Below are positions 1-8,861 of a DNA stretch of 64,000 bases, in pieces. The first letter of the stretch is position 1. Every line of letters starts with the position of its first letter. The notes beneath the pieces were generated by a model. The model was not told where the DNA came from. It saw only the letters and a list, made by a program, of their open reading frames with translations, and ran no database searches. The translations under genes were made by a program, and so were the position numbers. The stretch lies in IMG/VR virus record IMGVR_UViG_3300019458_000021, positions 62,001-126,000 of that record; one strand, 5' to 3'.

Positions 1-1
1 T

Positions 2-154
2 GAAACAGCTGGCGAGCAAAACGCTATTCCTGATGAAGGTGCGGATCTGGGAGCAAAACAAGAAGAGGAAGAACTTGGTCGTAAGAACCTTCGCTTCCGT
101 AGTCGAGTTCCGGCCTCTCACTTGGCAAACTTCATCCTCAAAAGGATCAAGTAA
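2..154 (+). CDS. 3' end of a gene cut by the window edge (hypothetical)
   Basis: Open frame from base 2 (ETAGEQNAIP...FILKRIK) ending TAA 152-154, overlapping the next ATG (TAATG). Confidence 0.6.
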   Translation, partial: ETAGEQNAIPDEGADLGAKQEEEELGRKNLRFRSRVPASHLANFILKRIK

Positions 155-450
155 TGGATTCATTCAAGCAGTATCTTGACCAACTGAATGAGTTGGCAGC
201 ATCAGCAGCAGCCGCAAAAGCCGCTGAAATCGACACAATGATTGCTGCCATCGACAACAAGATTCAACAGTTGACCAATCCGCTTAATAAGCAGAAGATG
301 GGCCTTCAACGTCAAAAACAAGTGCTCCTCCCTCAAATCGAGAAAGAACGACAAGAGGCAGAACAACAACAGGGCCAACCGATGAAGCCATCAAGCAATG
401 CAACGACTACCCCTGGCAGTTCCGGAGCTCAAACTCCTGGACAGAGCTAA
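154..450 (+). CDS. Hypothetical coiled-coil, Q-rich protein
   Basis: 98-aa ORF coupled by TAATG overlaps at both ends; N-terminus MDSFKQYL resembles T4 capsid-targeting sequences. Confidence 0.75.
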   Translation: MDSFKQYLDQLNELAASAAAAKAAEIDTMIAAIDNKIQQLTNPLNKQKMGLQRQKQVLLPQIEKERQEAEQQQGQPMKPSSNATTTPGSSGAQTPGQS

Positions 451-1109
451 TGTTCATTCACAAATCCGTAACACCCACTGAAACCAAAGTTCAAAATACA
501 CCAAAGGGTCGCTTTTACACGACGCCATCCGGCAAAATCTATCCTTCGATCACCAATCTACTTGGGGTGAAAGAAAGGCCATGGCTGATCGATTGGCGAA
601 CTTCTCTTGGTGAAATTGCTGCTGATAAGGAAACAAAGCGAGCTGCTGATAGAGGAACTGCTGTCCATTTGATGGCGGAACGTCTGCTTAATAATCACCC
701 AAATCCAACCGAGGGACAAACAGCAACTGACGCTGCAGAATTTAACTCACTGCGATTGTTGTTAAAAAAGGTAAACAACATCTATGCTCAAGAGCTACCA
801 TTGTACAGTGATACGTTGAAGATCGCAGGTCGTGTTGACTGTGTTGCAGAATGGGAAGGACGTCTTGCAGTTGTTGATGTCAAAACGTCGACAAACGACA
901 AGTACACACAAATGATTGAGGACTACTACCTTCAAACAACGGCGTATGCCTTGATGTTTGAGGAGCTATACAACATCCAAATCGACGATGTTGTCATTGT
1001 TATGTCGGTCGAAAAGGGAATTGTACCACTCGTTTTCAAAGCGCAGGTTGAGGCGTGGATTTGCCCACTGATCGAGCGTATAAATACGTACTATTCCAGC
1101 AGAAAATAG
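450..1109 (+). CDS. PD-(D/E)XK exonuclease (Cas4/RecB-like phage exonuclease)
   Basis: YPSIT, RGTAVH, E-x-P-LYS, AGRVD, VVDVKTS and YYLQTTAY motifs typical of T4-like phage exonucleases. Confidence 0.85.
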   Translation: MFIHKSVTPTETKVQNTPKGRFYTTPSGKIYPSITNLLGVKERPWLIDWRTSLGEIAADKETKRAADRGTAVHLMAERLLNNHPNPTEGQTATDAAEFNSLRLLLKKVNNIYAQELPLYSDTLKIAGRVDCVAEWEGRLAVVDVKTSTNDKYTQMIEDYYLQTTAYALMFEELYNIQIDDVVIVMSVEKGIVPLVFKAQVEAWICPLIERINTYYSSRK

Positions 1110-1119
1110 GGGCACACCC

Positions 1120-1830
1120 ATGAAGCACGAAGCTGACATGACAAGCGAAGAGGCAATGAATTATGCCATTGACCGCATTAAGATGGCCATTGACGATCTT
1201 GATCGTGAAACCGTATTCGCTGTCTATGTAAGAATGTTTGGTCAAGATGGTATCACCACTCAAATGATGCAAGAAAGTCATGAGGGCAACCACATTTTGG
1301 GTGATACAACAAAAGTGGTGTTCACAAATCTCGGTGGTGGTGCCACGGTTGACGCGAAAGTTGACAGCGGAGCTACAACATCTTCGCTGCACGTTGACAA
1401 GATTGATGTCCATGGCAACCAAGTTTCGTTTGTTTCAAGCGCTCTTGGTGGACGTCGTTTCACTATGGACCTTGTAGGCAACCAACAAGTACATTCCGCT
1501 GATGGTGGGGTGAGCAATCGACCTGTGATCAAGTGCGATATTGAGGTTAACGGCAAACCATTACAAGGCATCATGTTCAATCTCAACGATCGCTCAAACA
1601 TGGACACTCCCGTTTTGTGTGGGCAGAATGTTTTGAAAGCTGGTGATTTCGTTATTGACGTTCAAAAAGGTCAAACCGAATCTGTTCCGGAAAACGCAAT
1701 TATCAAGAAAGAGATCGACGACAAAGCGATTGTAGAAGCAATTGAAACGCTTGCTAACTCCGGCATGACACTTGCTGAACTTTTCACACACATGCGAACA
1801 GTAGTTGTTCGCAACTTGAAAGATGAATAA
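1120..1830 (+). CDS. Retropepsin-like aspartic protease (RimK-associated protease family)
   Basis: AKVDSGATTSSLH catalytic DSG motif, RPVIKCDIEV, FNLNDRSNM..PVLCGQNVL. Confidence 0.75.
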   Translation: MKHEADMTSEEAMNYAIDRIKMAIDDLDRETVFAVYVRMFGQDGITTQMMQESHEGNHILGDTTKVVFTNLGGGATVDAKVDSGATTSSLHVDKIDVHGNQVSFVSSALGGRRFTMDLVGNQQVHSADGGVSNRPVIKCDIEVNGKPLQGIMFNLNDRSNMDTPVLCGQNVLKAGDFVIDVQKGQTESVPENAIIKKEIDDKAIVEAIETLANSGMTLAELFTHMRTVVVRNLKDE

Positions 1831-2449
1831 GTCCCCATTTTACGTCGTAGAAGAGTTCTTGTCACCACACCTTGCAGATGTTGTTCTCGACTACATAAGT
1901 TTCACTGTTCCTGATACAGACAAAGAGGGACATGAAGTTAAGACACGTAAACCATCCGAAAAGGCCGAAGGTATCGTTTACGAACGTCTTCTGACTCTTC
2001 TCCCTGAAATCCAAGCTCACTACAACATCGTGTATCGTGGAACTGAGTCAATGGAGTTTGAATGGATTCCGGCAGGCGCTAAAACCGACTTCATGTGTGG
2101 CAATAGCAAGTATATACGCGGCAAATGGCTCCGTGTCGCAAATCGCGATCTTACAGGCGTCGTTTTCTTGTGCGACTACCAAGAAAAGGTACCGTTCGAA
2201 CAAGAATATGACGTGTACGGTGGAAAGCTTGAATTTCCACAGCATAATTTTGGATTCAATCCACAACGAGGAACGTTAGTGTTGTTCCCCGCAGATCCAC
2301 ACTTCATCAATATCACAACACAAATCCTTGCCGGGGATTTGTTCCAAATCCGCTTCCACCTAGCGGCAGATCGTCCTTACTTGTACAACCCAAAGAACTT
2401 TCCTGGCAATTATCAAACTTGGTTTTCTCCATATCTAACAAAGCGTTAA
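1823..2449 (+). CDS. 2OG-Fe(II) oxygenase-like protein, possibly degenerate
   Basis: DLTGVVFL, YGGKLEFP, PQRGTLVLFP..PHF, distal His and Arg of the prolyl-hydroxylase-like fold; proximal HxD not visible. Confidence 0.65.
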   Translation: MNKSPFYVVEEFLSPHLADVVLDYISFTVPDTDKEGHEVKTRKPSEKAEGIVYERLLTLLPEIQAHYNIVYRGTESMEFEWIPAGAKTDFMCGNSKYIRGKWLRVANRDLTGVVFLCDYQEKVPFEQEYDVYGGKLEFPQHNFGFNPQRGTLVLFPADPHFINITTQILAGDLFQIRFHLAADRPYLYNPKNFPGNYQTWFSPYLTKR

Positions 2450-2460
2450 TACATTTGCTG

Positions 2461-2490
2461 TTGCAATGAGCAACAAACGTAAGGTAAGGT
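2461..2490 (+). promoter_or_regulatory. Possible sigma70-type promoter for the transglycosylase/dsbA unit
   Basis: TTGCAA-18 nt-TAAGGT in the intergenic gap; weak -10. Confidence 0.35.
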
Positions 2491-2544
2491 TGTTCCAGCT
2501 TAACACGCTATGGGGCTTTCATTCACTCTGAAAAGGAGGAACGC

Positions 2545-3330
2545 ATGAAGATAGCAATATGCCTCGCCGTGATGCTTATGATTCTTTCATCGTTCATCAC
2601 TGCACCTTGCACGGCTCAGATGAACTACGAAGGAGCTGTTACCGTTTCAAGAAACGGCAAGTCCTTCACATTTTCAAGCATCGCGGTTCAAAATCTAAAA
2701 GTGTTGCGAGAAGTTGCAGTGGATATGGGCGCAGACGTTCACATTCCAACTCTTCAAGCAATCATGATGACTGAAACACATGCAGGAACCGGTGGGTCAA
2801 TTGGATTGCCGCGCGCGCACCCAACTCGTAGATCATACGGTTGGATGCAGTTAACGATTCCAACAGCAAGAGTGCTGTTCCGAGACCTCGCCGACTTGCG
2901 GATGAAGTATTTTGGCGAGCGGGTTCTGAAATCTGTGAAAGACGCAGAAATCAAGAAACTGCTTCTAACAGACTGTCGGCTCAACGTCCGTCTTGGGATT
3001 CTGTTGTACGTTCAATATCTCGATATGGTCAAGAAGGAATGGGCGCGAGCTGTTGCTGGATATAACATGGGTATCGGCAATGCCTTGAAGCGAGCTCACG
3101 CGCCAAAGAGCGTTTATGTTGTCAAGGTTCGGAACTGGATACCTTTGGTAACTGCAATGACTGAAGAGGTTACGAAAGCGGAACAAATTGTTCTGGTTGC
3201 CTATTCGTCAACCTTGCCGGAAAATTGGCTGGGCATAAAAGGTACTTTACAAGGAGAACAAGATGGCCAAAAAGAGCAAAAAGCAGCCGAAACCTTCACA
3301 AGAGCAGAGTGTTACAAAAGTTGTCAATGA
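2545..3330 (+). CDS. Exported lytic transglycosylase (SLT family)
   Basis: Signal peptide MKIAICLAVMLMILSSFITAPCTA; motifs AIMMTETHAG (catalytic E), SYGWMQL, AVAGYNMG; SD AGGAGG. Confidence 0.85.
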   Translation: MKIAICLAVMLMILSSFITAPCTAQMNYEGAVTVSRNGKSFTFSSIAVQNLKVLREVAVDMGADVHIPTLQAIMMTETHAGTGGSIGLPRAHPTRRSYGWMQLTIPTARVLFRDLADLRMKYFGERVLKSVKDAEIKKLLLTDCRLNVRLGILLYVQYLDMVKKEWARAVAGYNMGIGNALKRAHAPKSVYVVKVRNWIPLVTAMTEEVTKAEQIVLVAYSSTLPENWLGIKGTLQGEQDGQKEQKAAETFTRAECYKSCQ

Positions 3331-3613
3331 CACCGACGAACGTCGCAAATTTAAGACAACGCTTGCAACGCTGACGCACTACATGCAACAGATTGATGAT
3401 GCAAGAGAGGCGATCAAGGAGACTATTGCTGATTTGTCAGGTGCAACTGGAATCGACAAAAAACAAATCAAGAAGCTAGCTACAACGATGTATAAGCATA
3501 ACTATGCAACGTTGCAGGAAGAGAACAGACACTTCGAAGCGCTGTACGAAACACTCGTCGAAGGACGTTTGACGCAAACAGACGACGAAGACCAAGAGAA
3601 ACTCGCCGCATAA
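3263..3613 (+). CDS. dsbA: T4 DsbA-like dsDNA-binding protein
   Basis: QIDDAREAIKETIADL...GIDKKQIKKLATTMYKHNYA...EENRHFEALYET pattern; SD AGGAG inside the upstream gene. Confidence 0.65.
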   Translation: MAKKSKKQPKPSQEQSVTKVVNDTDERRKFKTTLATLTHYMQQIDDAREAIKETIADLSGATGIDKKQIKKLATTMYKHNYATLQEENRHFEALYETLVEGRLTQTDDEDQEKLAA

Positions 3614-3616
3614 AGT

Positions 3617-3650
3617 GAGAGCCGCTCGAAAAGCGGCTCTCTTCCTTTTC
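3617..3650. terminator. Intrinsic terminator between convergent genes
   Basis: GAGAGCCGCT-CGAAA-AGCGGCTCTC 10-bp stem followed by TTCCTTTT. Confidence 0.8.
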
Positions 3651-3654
3651 CAAA

Positions 3655-6024
3655 TTAGAACTCTGAGTATGTCAGAACAATTGCGTTGATCGTTGCATCA
3701 GCCGCACCGGCACCGGTACCACCGCCATTATTCGCTCCACGCACAGTGATCGTGTTTGCACCACTCACATAACCGTTGTAAGTGAAACCTGCAGGAACTG
3801 TCGATGGAAGACCAAGTACGACAGGGTCGCCAACAACCGCACCGGTAACGGTAATCGTGTTTGTGCTGTCTCCAACCGCGCCGTCCACAATCGCACCAAA
3901 CGTCACACTTTGTGTGCCTTTGAATGCAGCAACGTTAAATGTGCGTGATGTTGTGATATCGCCACCGCCTGTCAGACCGACACCAGCCGTGAGGCCGACA
4001 CCAGAGTGATCAACGTGCTCATTTGCAACAAAGTTCATCAACGCGTCGTGATCGACGCCAGCTGGAAGAACGTTAGCTTCAATTGTGGCTGGACCATCAG
4101 TGTACACCAGCTCAACACTTGCTGTATCTGTCAATGTTGTGCCGACCGCATCTTGAGCTGCTTCTGCGAAGTCGGTAACTTGGGAAGAAGTAATCGCAAC
4201 CGCAACAGATGCTGCGGTTGTCAAACGACCCTGAAGATCGACTGAAAACGTTGCAATATTAGCAGCATCACCGTAAGAGGCAGTAATAACACCTGTTGCT
4301 GGTAAGTCGACATTTGGATTAGCTGCAACTCCGTTACCGTTCGTTACAGTAATTGTGCCACCGGTAGATGTTAAAGTGCGTGTTGCAACTGTACCAGCAC
4401 CGGTGCGTGCCACAAGGCCTGTCGTTGCAAGGGCTGCTACTGCATCAAGATCTGCATCCCACGCTTGAACTGTCACACCAATCGAAGCCGCCGTTAGAGC
4501 AGTCATCGGGCCCGGAGGACCACCAAATGTTGCCACAGGAGCACCTGCTACCATCATTGTCATGACGCCCGGAGGACCAAACGAAACACCTGTCGTTGGA
4601 TCTGCTGTTGACCACAATGCCATGCCTGGTGTTGATGCGTAGCCACTAAATGTTGTGATACCACCAGCATCAATACGAACTTTTTGAGCGCCAGCAATTG
4701 CAAAGCTAACTTCACCAGCGCCACTGTCGTACATGCCTTTTGTTGCATCACTTACAAATGTGTATGCTGGAAGAAGGGCCGTACCTGCTGCCAGAGCAAT
4801 CGTAGCACGATTAACCCACAATGCGCCATTGTATTGAAGGACGTTATTCGCTACAGGTGCTGTGATTGTTACATCCGTTAGGTCTGTCAATGCAAGGTTT
4901 TCTGATGTAAGGATTGGGAACGCCGATCCAACAACACCAACAAGCCACTGATCTGTACTCTCATCCCATTCAAGAATGGCATTTGGAGGACCACCACGAT
5001 CGACTTGTAGACCAGAGCTGGCAGGGTCGAATTGTACAAGAGAAATTGGCTGATCAACACCGTTGTCAACAGTTACAGTTCCTGTGAACGTTGCGCCTGT
5101 TAGGTTTGCCTTCAAAGCAAGCCCTGCTGCCAATTCTGCATCTGTTGCCAGTGCACTAAGGGCGATACCACCATCAGCAAGTGCCGTACCGGCACCGGCA
5201 ACAGTCACAACATTACCGTTTACGCCAACAAAATCGTCAAGTTTTGTTGCAATCGCAGCAGCAACTTCCGCATCAGTTGCAAGACCTGTCAATGGTGTGC
5301 CACTGTCAATTAGAGCACCACCAGCCGTGAGTGTTGGAACATTGCCAACAGTTGCACCACCAACAAGTGGAATGAATGAACCAGCAACAGCTGCGATATC
5401 AACGAAACCTATACCGTCATTTGTAAATTGCCACGTGTCTGTTGCTTCATTCCAACGGATGGAAACATCTAGAGAAGCACCTCGATCGACAGAAAACAAA
5501 GCATTTGCAGGGCCGGCAGCTCCCTTGTTCATGTAAAACTGTGAATTTGGTGTACCGTCAACATCGGCCTTCAATGCAAGAGCGTTGTTCATATCCGTAA
5601 AAGTTGGATAATTAACGAGGGCCGCAGTTGGATCTGCAACAACACGATTCAGTGGACGAACGTCATTGATCAACCCCGATGTGATCTGTGTTGTTGATGA
5701 AGACATATAAACCGCAGCCAAGGGCAAGTTGCCTGTTGGTGGTGCAGGGATCGAAGGAGCTGCAGCGGTCGTACCATGTGTCAGAACCACGGAAGCAGAG
5801 CTACTCAGAGAAACTAATGTCCAGCGATTGAGAGACCCTGGTGCCGGAATGGAGGGAGAATTACCACCTGGAAATTCTACAACTTCGTCATCAGCATTCC
5901 AAAAAGACCCGGCTCGGATCCTAACTGTCAAGTTTGGAATGTCTTGTGCAGTAACAGATAACGGCGCAAAGTTAGCACCAATTTCCTTGTCTGCTTCACC
6001 TTTGAGTGGAACAGAGTTTGACAT
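3655..6024 (-). CDS. Tail fibre/appendage structural protein (~789 aa)
   Basis: Ala/Gly/Thr/Val-rich; two VDRG...W.E.TD.W motifs, two LATDAE.AA repeats, DLTDVTIT...VLQYNGALWVN motif; true ATG at 6024 with SD AAGGAG and upstream TAAATA. Confidence 0.75.
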   Translation of the reverse strand: MSNSVPLKGEADKEIGANFAPLSVTAQDIPNLTVRIRAGSFWNADDEVVEFPGGNSPSIPAPGSLNRWTLVSLSSSASVVLTHGTTAAAPSIPAPPTGNLPLAAVYMSSSTTQITSGLINDVRPLNRVVADPTAALVNYPTFTDMNNALALKADVDGTPNSQFYMNKGAAGPANALFSVDRGASLDVSIRWNEATDTWQFTNDGIGFVDIAAVAGSFIPLVGGATVGNVPTLTAGGALIDSGTPLTGLATDAEVAAAIATKLDDFVGVNGNVVTVAGAGTALADGGIALSALATDAELAAGLALKANLTGATFTGTVTVDNGVDQPISLVQFDPASSGLQVDRGGPPNAILEWDESTDQWLVGVVGSAFPILTSENLALTDLTDVTITAPVANNVLQYNGALWVNRATIALAAGTALLPAYTFVSDATKGMYDSGAGEVSFAIAGAQKVRIDAGGITTFSGYASTPGMALWSTADPTTGVSFGPPGVMTMMVAGAPVATFGGPPGPMTALTAASIGVTVQAWDADLDAVAALATTGLVARTGAGTVATRTLTSTGGTITVTNGNGVAANPNVDLPATGVITASYGDAANIATFSVDLQGRLTTAASVAVAITSSQVTDFAEAAQDAVGTTLTDTASVELVYTDGPATIEANVLPAGVDHDALMNFVANEHVDHSGVGLTAGVGLTGGGDITTSRTFNVAAFKGTQSVTFGAIVDGAVGDSTNTITVTGAVVGDPVVLGLPSTVPAGFTYNGYVSGANTITVRGANNGGGTGAGAADATINAIVLTYSEF

Positions 6025-6065
6025 AGGGTTTCTCCTTGAAAAGTCGCAATTATGTCGAGTGGGTG

Positions 6066-6072
6066 TATTTAT
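6066..6072 (-). promoter_or_regulatory. Late promoter motif (ATAAATA) for the fibre gene
   Basis: TATTTAT on + strand, 42 nt upstream of the minus-strand ATG. Confidence 0.65.
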
Positions 6073-6089
6073 TCGAAAGGGGCGGAATG

Positions 6090-6118
6090 TTGATGTTTTG
6101 CGAAGAGTCGGGTATAAT
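6090..6118 (+). promoter_or_regulatory. Sigma70-type promoter of the DNA polymerase operon
   Basis: TTGATG-17 nt-TATAAT, then SD AGGAG and ATG at 6141. Confidence 0.75.
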
Positions 6119-6140
6119 CGGCGCCTTCTAGGAGTAGTGG

Positions 6141-8852
6141 ATGAGCTATATTTCGGCAGCAACAATAGAAGACGACGTCATTGTGTGGGAGCGTGATGAG
6201 AACGGACAGAGAATCGAAACAGTTTACACAGCTCCTTACCTGTTCTACTACAACGATCCCAAGGGAAAACACGAAACAATCTACGGCGATAAAGTCTCTC
6301 GTGTAATTTGCACAAGCAAGCGTGACTTTGAAGATAAGGTTGGTCTCTATAAAGGCCGAGGACATACAGTTTATGAGACAGACATCGAGCCTCACTTCCG
6401 TGTGTTATCAACGGACTACTACAACAAACCTGCACCTAAACTTAACGTAACATTTTACGATATTGAAGTCGACTACGATCCAGCGTTAGGCTTTGCAGGG
6501 GTCGAAAATCCTTACGCAAAAATCAACTCAATGTCGCTATTCCATAAATGGTCACAGGAGCTAATCGTACTAGCTGTTCCTCCGGAGTCTGGATGGACGG
6601 AAGAACGGCTAATCGAAGAGATGACCAAGCAGGTTCCTGATGCACCGATCCCGAAAGAATACAAACTCACAATTATTCTTTGCAAAGAAGAGACGGAACT
6701 GCTCCTGAATTTTCTCGACCAGATAGAGGATTCAGACGTGTTGTGTGGATGGAACAGCTCAATGTTCGATTCACCATACACAGCAAAGCGACTTGAAAAT
6801 CGCCTGGGCAAACGTTACATGGCGAAGATGGATTTCAATGGAACACGACTTCCTTGGTTTAGAAAGGTTCCATCTCGAAAGATTCGCAACCGTGACGGTA
6901 CACCAAAGATCATCGGAACAACGCTTGAAACGGCTGGTCGGATCATGGCTGACTACATGGAGTTGTATAAGAAATACGAAGCGGGAGAACGAGCTTCGTT
7001 TAAGTTGGCTGCTATTGAGCAGGAGGTCGGTTTGAATCTTCCGAAACTCGAATACAAAGGAACCTTGCACAACCTCTACCGAAACAACTTTGCATTCTTC
7101 ATTCGATACAACATTCGAGACACCGAAATCCTTCACGGATTCGAACGTGTGCTTGGCTACGTTGAACTTGCAAACCAAATGTACCACTTGTCAACGGGTG
7201 TGTTCAAACATGTGACAGGAACGCTGAAGCTCGTAGAAGCATCAATTCTTAACTATTGCCATCATGTTGTGAATAAGGTAGTTCCGAATAGCGTCTCACC
7301 AGAAAACGATCGCCAAATTGATGGAGCTTTAGTCTTGTTCCCACAGATTTCCCTCCAAGAATTCACAGGCTCGATTGACATCAACTCTCTGTATCCAACA
7401 GCAATCCGCTCAATCAATATTTCCCCGGAAACACTCAAAGGCCAGTTTGATGAGTTCAATCGCGCTGTTGAAGAAATTCGCATGCGCTCGTTTGCAACAC
7501 TCACACTTCGACTTGAAACTGGTGAAGTGTTAACAAAAGAAGCTTCCGAATGGCGTGAGTGGCTTAAAGAACGGATGTGGTCTGTGTCTGGCTACGGGAC
7601 TGTGTTTGATCAAAACCAACAAGGAATTGTTCCGTCTATTCTTGCAGACTGGTACAAGCAACGTAAAGAGTATCAGAAACTGATGAACGAAGCTCTTACA
7701 CAAGGCGAGAAAGAAAAGGCTGACTACTATGATCGTTTACAGTATGTGTACAAGATTAAGCTAAACTCAGCCTATGGAGCTCTGACAAACATCAACTTCC
7801 GTTTCTTTGACTTGCGGTTAGGGGAGAGTGTGACAGCTACAGGTCGAATGATTCTCCGACATCAGTGTCGGAAGGTCGCTGAGTTCCTCGATGGAGAGTA
7901 CGACGTCGACTTTCCACAATATGAGACAATCAAAGATTGTAACGAGGCGAACAACAAAAAAGGTGTCCCACACGAACTTGCCTTGAATGGTCCAAAATTC
8001 AATGGTAACTTTATGTGCGAATCGGTAATTTACGGAGATACGGACAGCACATACTTTAAGACACACGCAACAAACGTTGTAGATGCAGTGAAAATTGCCG
8101 ATCGGGTTGCACTTGAGGTCAACAACTCGTACAAACCGTTTGTACAAGAGGTGTTTTTGTGTAATCCAGGCTTCGATGATCTCGTTAAGTGTGGTCGAGA
8201 AATTGTGACTGATAAAGGAATTTTTGTTGACAAAAAGCGTTACATTCTTCATGTTGTTGACAAAGAGGGTAAACCATCGGATAGTATGAAAGTCATGGGT
8301 CTTGATACCAAGAAGACCACGCTACCAAAGCACGTGGCCGACGAATTGAATAAATACGTCGGGATGTTCCTAAAAGGAATGCCTTGGGAACAAGTAGCAG
8401 AATTGATAGTCAACTATAAGGATACTCTTCGCAGTCAAGCTAAAGAAGAGATTCAGTTGATTGGATTACCGAAAGGGATCCAGGAAGTAGAAGACTATCA
8501 ACAGCAGTACAAGCGGTTGGGTGATCAAGTTCGATTACCTGGCCACGTGGCTGCAGCAATTCACTACAATTTGCTGTTGAAACATTTCGATGATCGTGAG
8601 AGTATGCCGATCATGTCGGGTATGAAGATCAAAGTCTTCTATCTGACACAGATGAACGGCAAGTTCAAAAGTATTGCTTTGCCAACTGACATCGAAGTTG
8701 TTCCACAGTGGTTTTTTGACAACTTTGAAGTAGACATAGATGCGCATATTGAGAGGTTGGTTGACAATCCGATGCAGAACATTCTAAAAGCAATCGGAAA
8801 GCGAACACCAACTCGACACGACTTGATGGTTGAAGACGTTTTTGGCTTCTAG
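6141..8852 (+). CDS. gp43: Family B DNA polymerase (T4 gp43-like)
   Basis: Exo motifs FYDIEVD, GWNSSMFDSPY, YNIRD; pol motifs DINSLYP, KIKLNSAYG, YGDTDS, KKRY; C-terminal VEDVFGF resembles a clamp-binding tail. Confidence 0.97.
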   Translation: MSYISAATIEDDVIVWERDENGQRIETVYTAPYLFYYNDPKGKHETIYGDKVSRVICTSKRDFEDKVGLYKGRGHTVYETDIEPHFRVLSTDYYNKPAPKLNVTFYDIEVDYDPALGFAGVENPYAKINSMSLFHKWSQELIVLAVPPESGWTEERLIEEMTKQVPDAPIPKEYKLTIILCKEETELLLNFLDQIEDSDVLCGWNSSMFDSPYTAKRLENRLGKRYMAKMDFNGTRLPWFRKVPSRKIRNRDGTPKIIGTTLETAGRIMADYMELYKKYEAGERASFKLAAIEQEVGLNLPKLEYKGTLHNLYRNNFAFFIRYNIRDTEILHGFERVLGYVELANQMYHLSTGVFKHVTGTLKLVEASILNYCHHVVNKVVPNSVSPENDRQIDGALVLFPQISLQEFTGSIDINSLYPTAIRSINISPETLKGQFDEFNRAVEEIRMRSFATLTLRLETGEVLTKEASEWREWLKERMWSVSGYGTVFDQNQQGIVPSILADWYKQRKEYQKLMNEALTQGEKEKADYYDRLQYVYKIKLNSAYGALTNINFRFFDLRLGESVTATGRMILRHQCRKVAEFLDGEYDVDFPQYETIKDCNEANNKKGVPHELALNGPKFNGNFMCESVIYGDTDSTYFKTHATNVVDAVKIADRVALEVNNSYKPFVQEVFLCNPGFDDLVKCGREIVTDKGIFVDKKRYILHVVDKEGKPSDSMKVMGLDTKKTTLPKHVADELNKYVGMFLKGMPWEQVAELIVNYKDTLRSQAKEEIQLIGLPKGIQEVEDYQQQYKRLGDQVRLPGHVAAAIHYNLLLKHFDDRESMPIMSGMKIKVFYLTQMNGKFKSIALPTDIEVVPQWFFDNFEVDIDAHIERLVDNPMQNILKAIGKRTPTRHDLMVEDVFGF

Positions 8853-8861
8853 GAGTTTACG

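Noticed and set aside
450-1109. Cas4-like nuclease as a sign of a CRISPR system
   Set aside because: No repeat-spacer array or other cas genes seen; this exonuclease type is common in T4-like phages.
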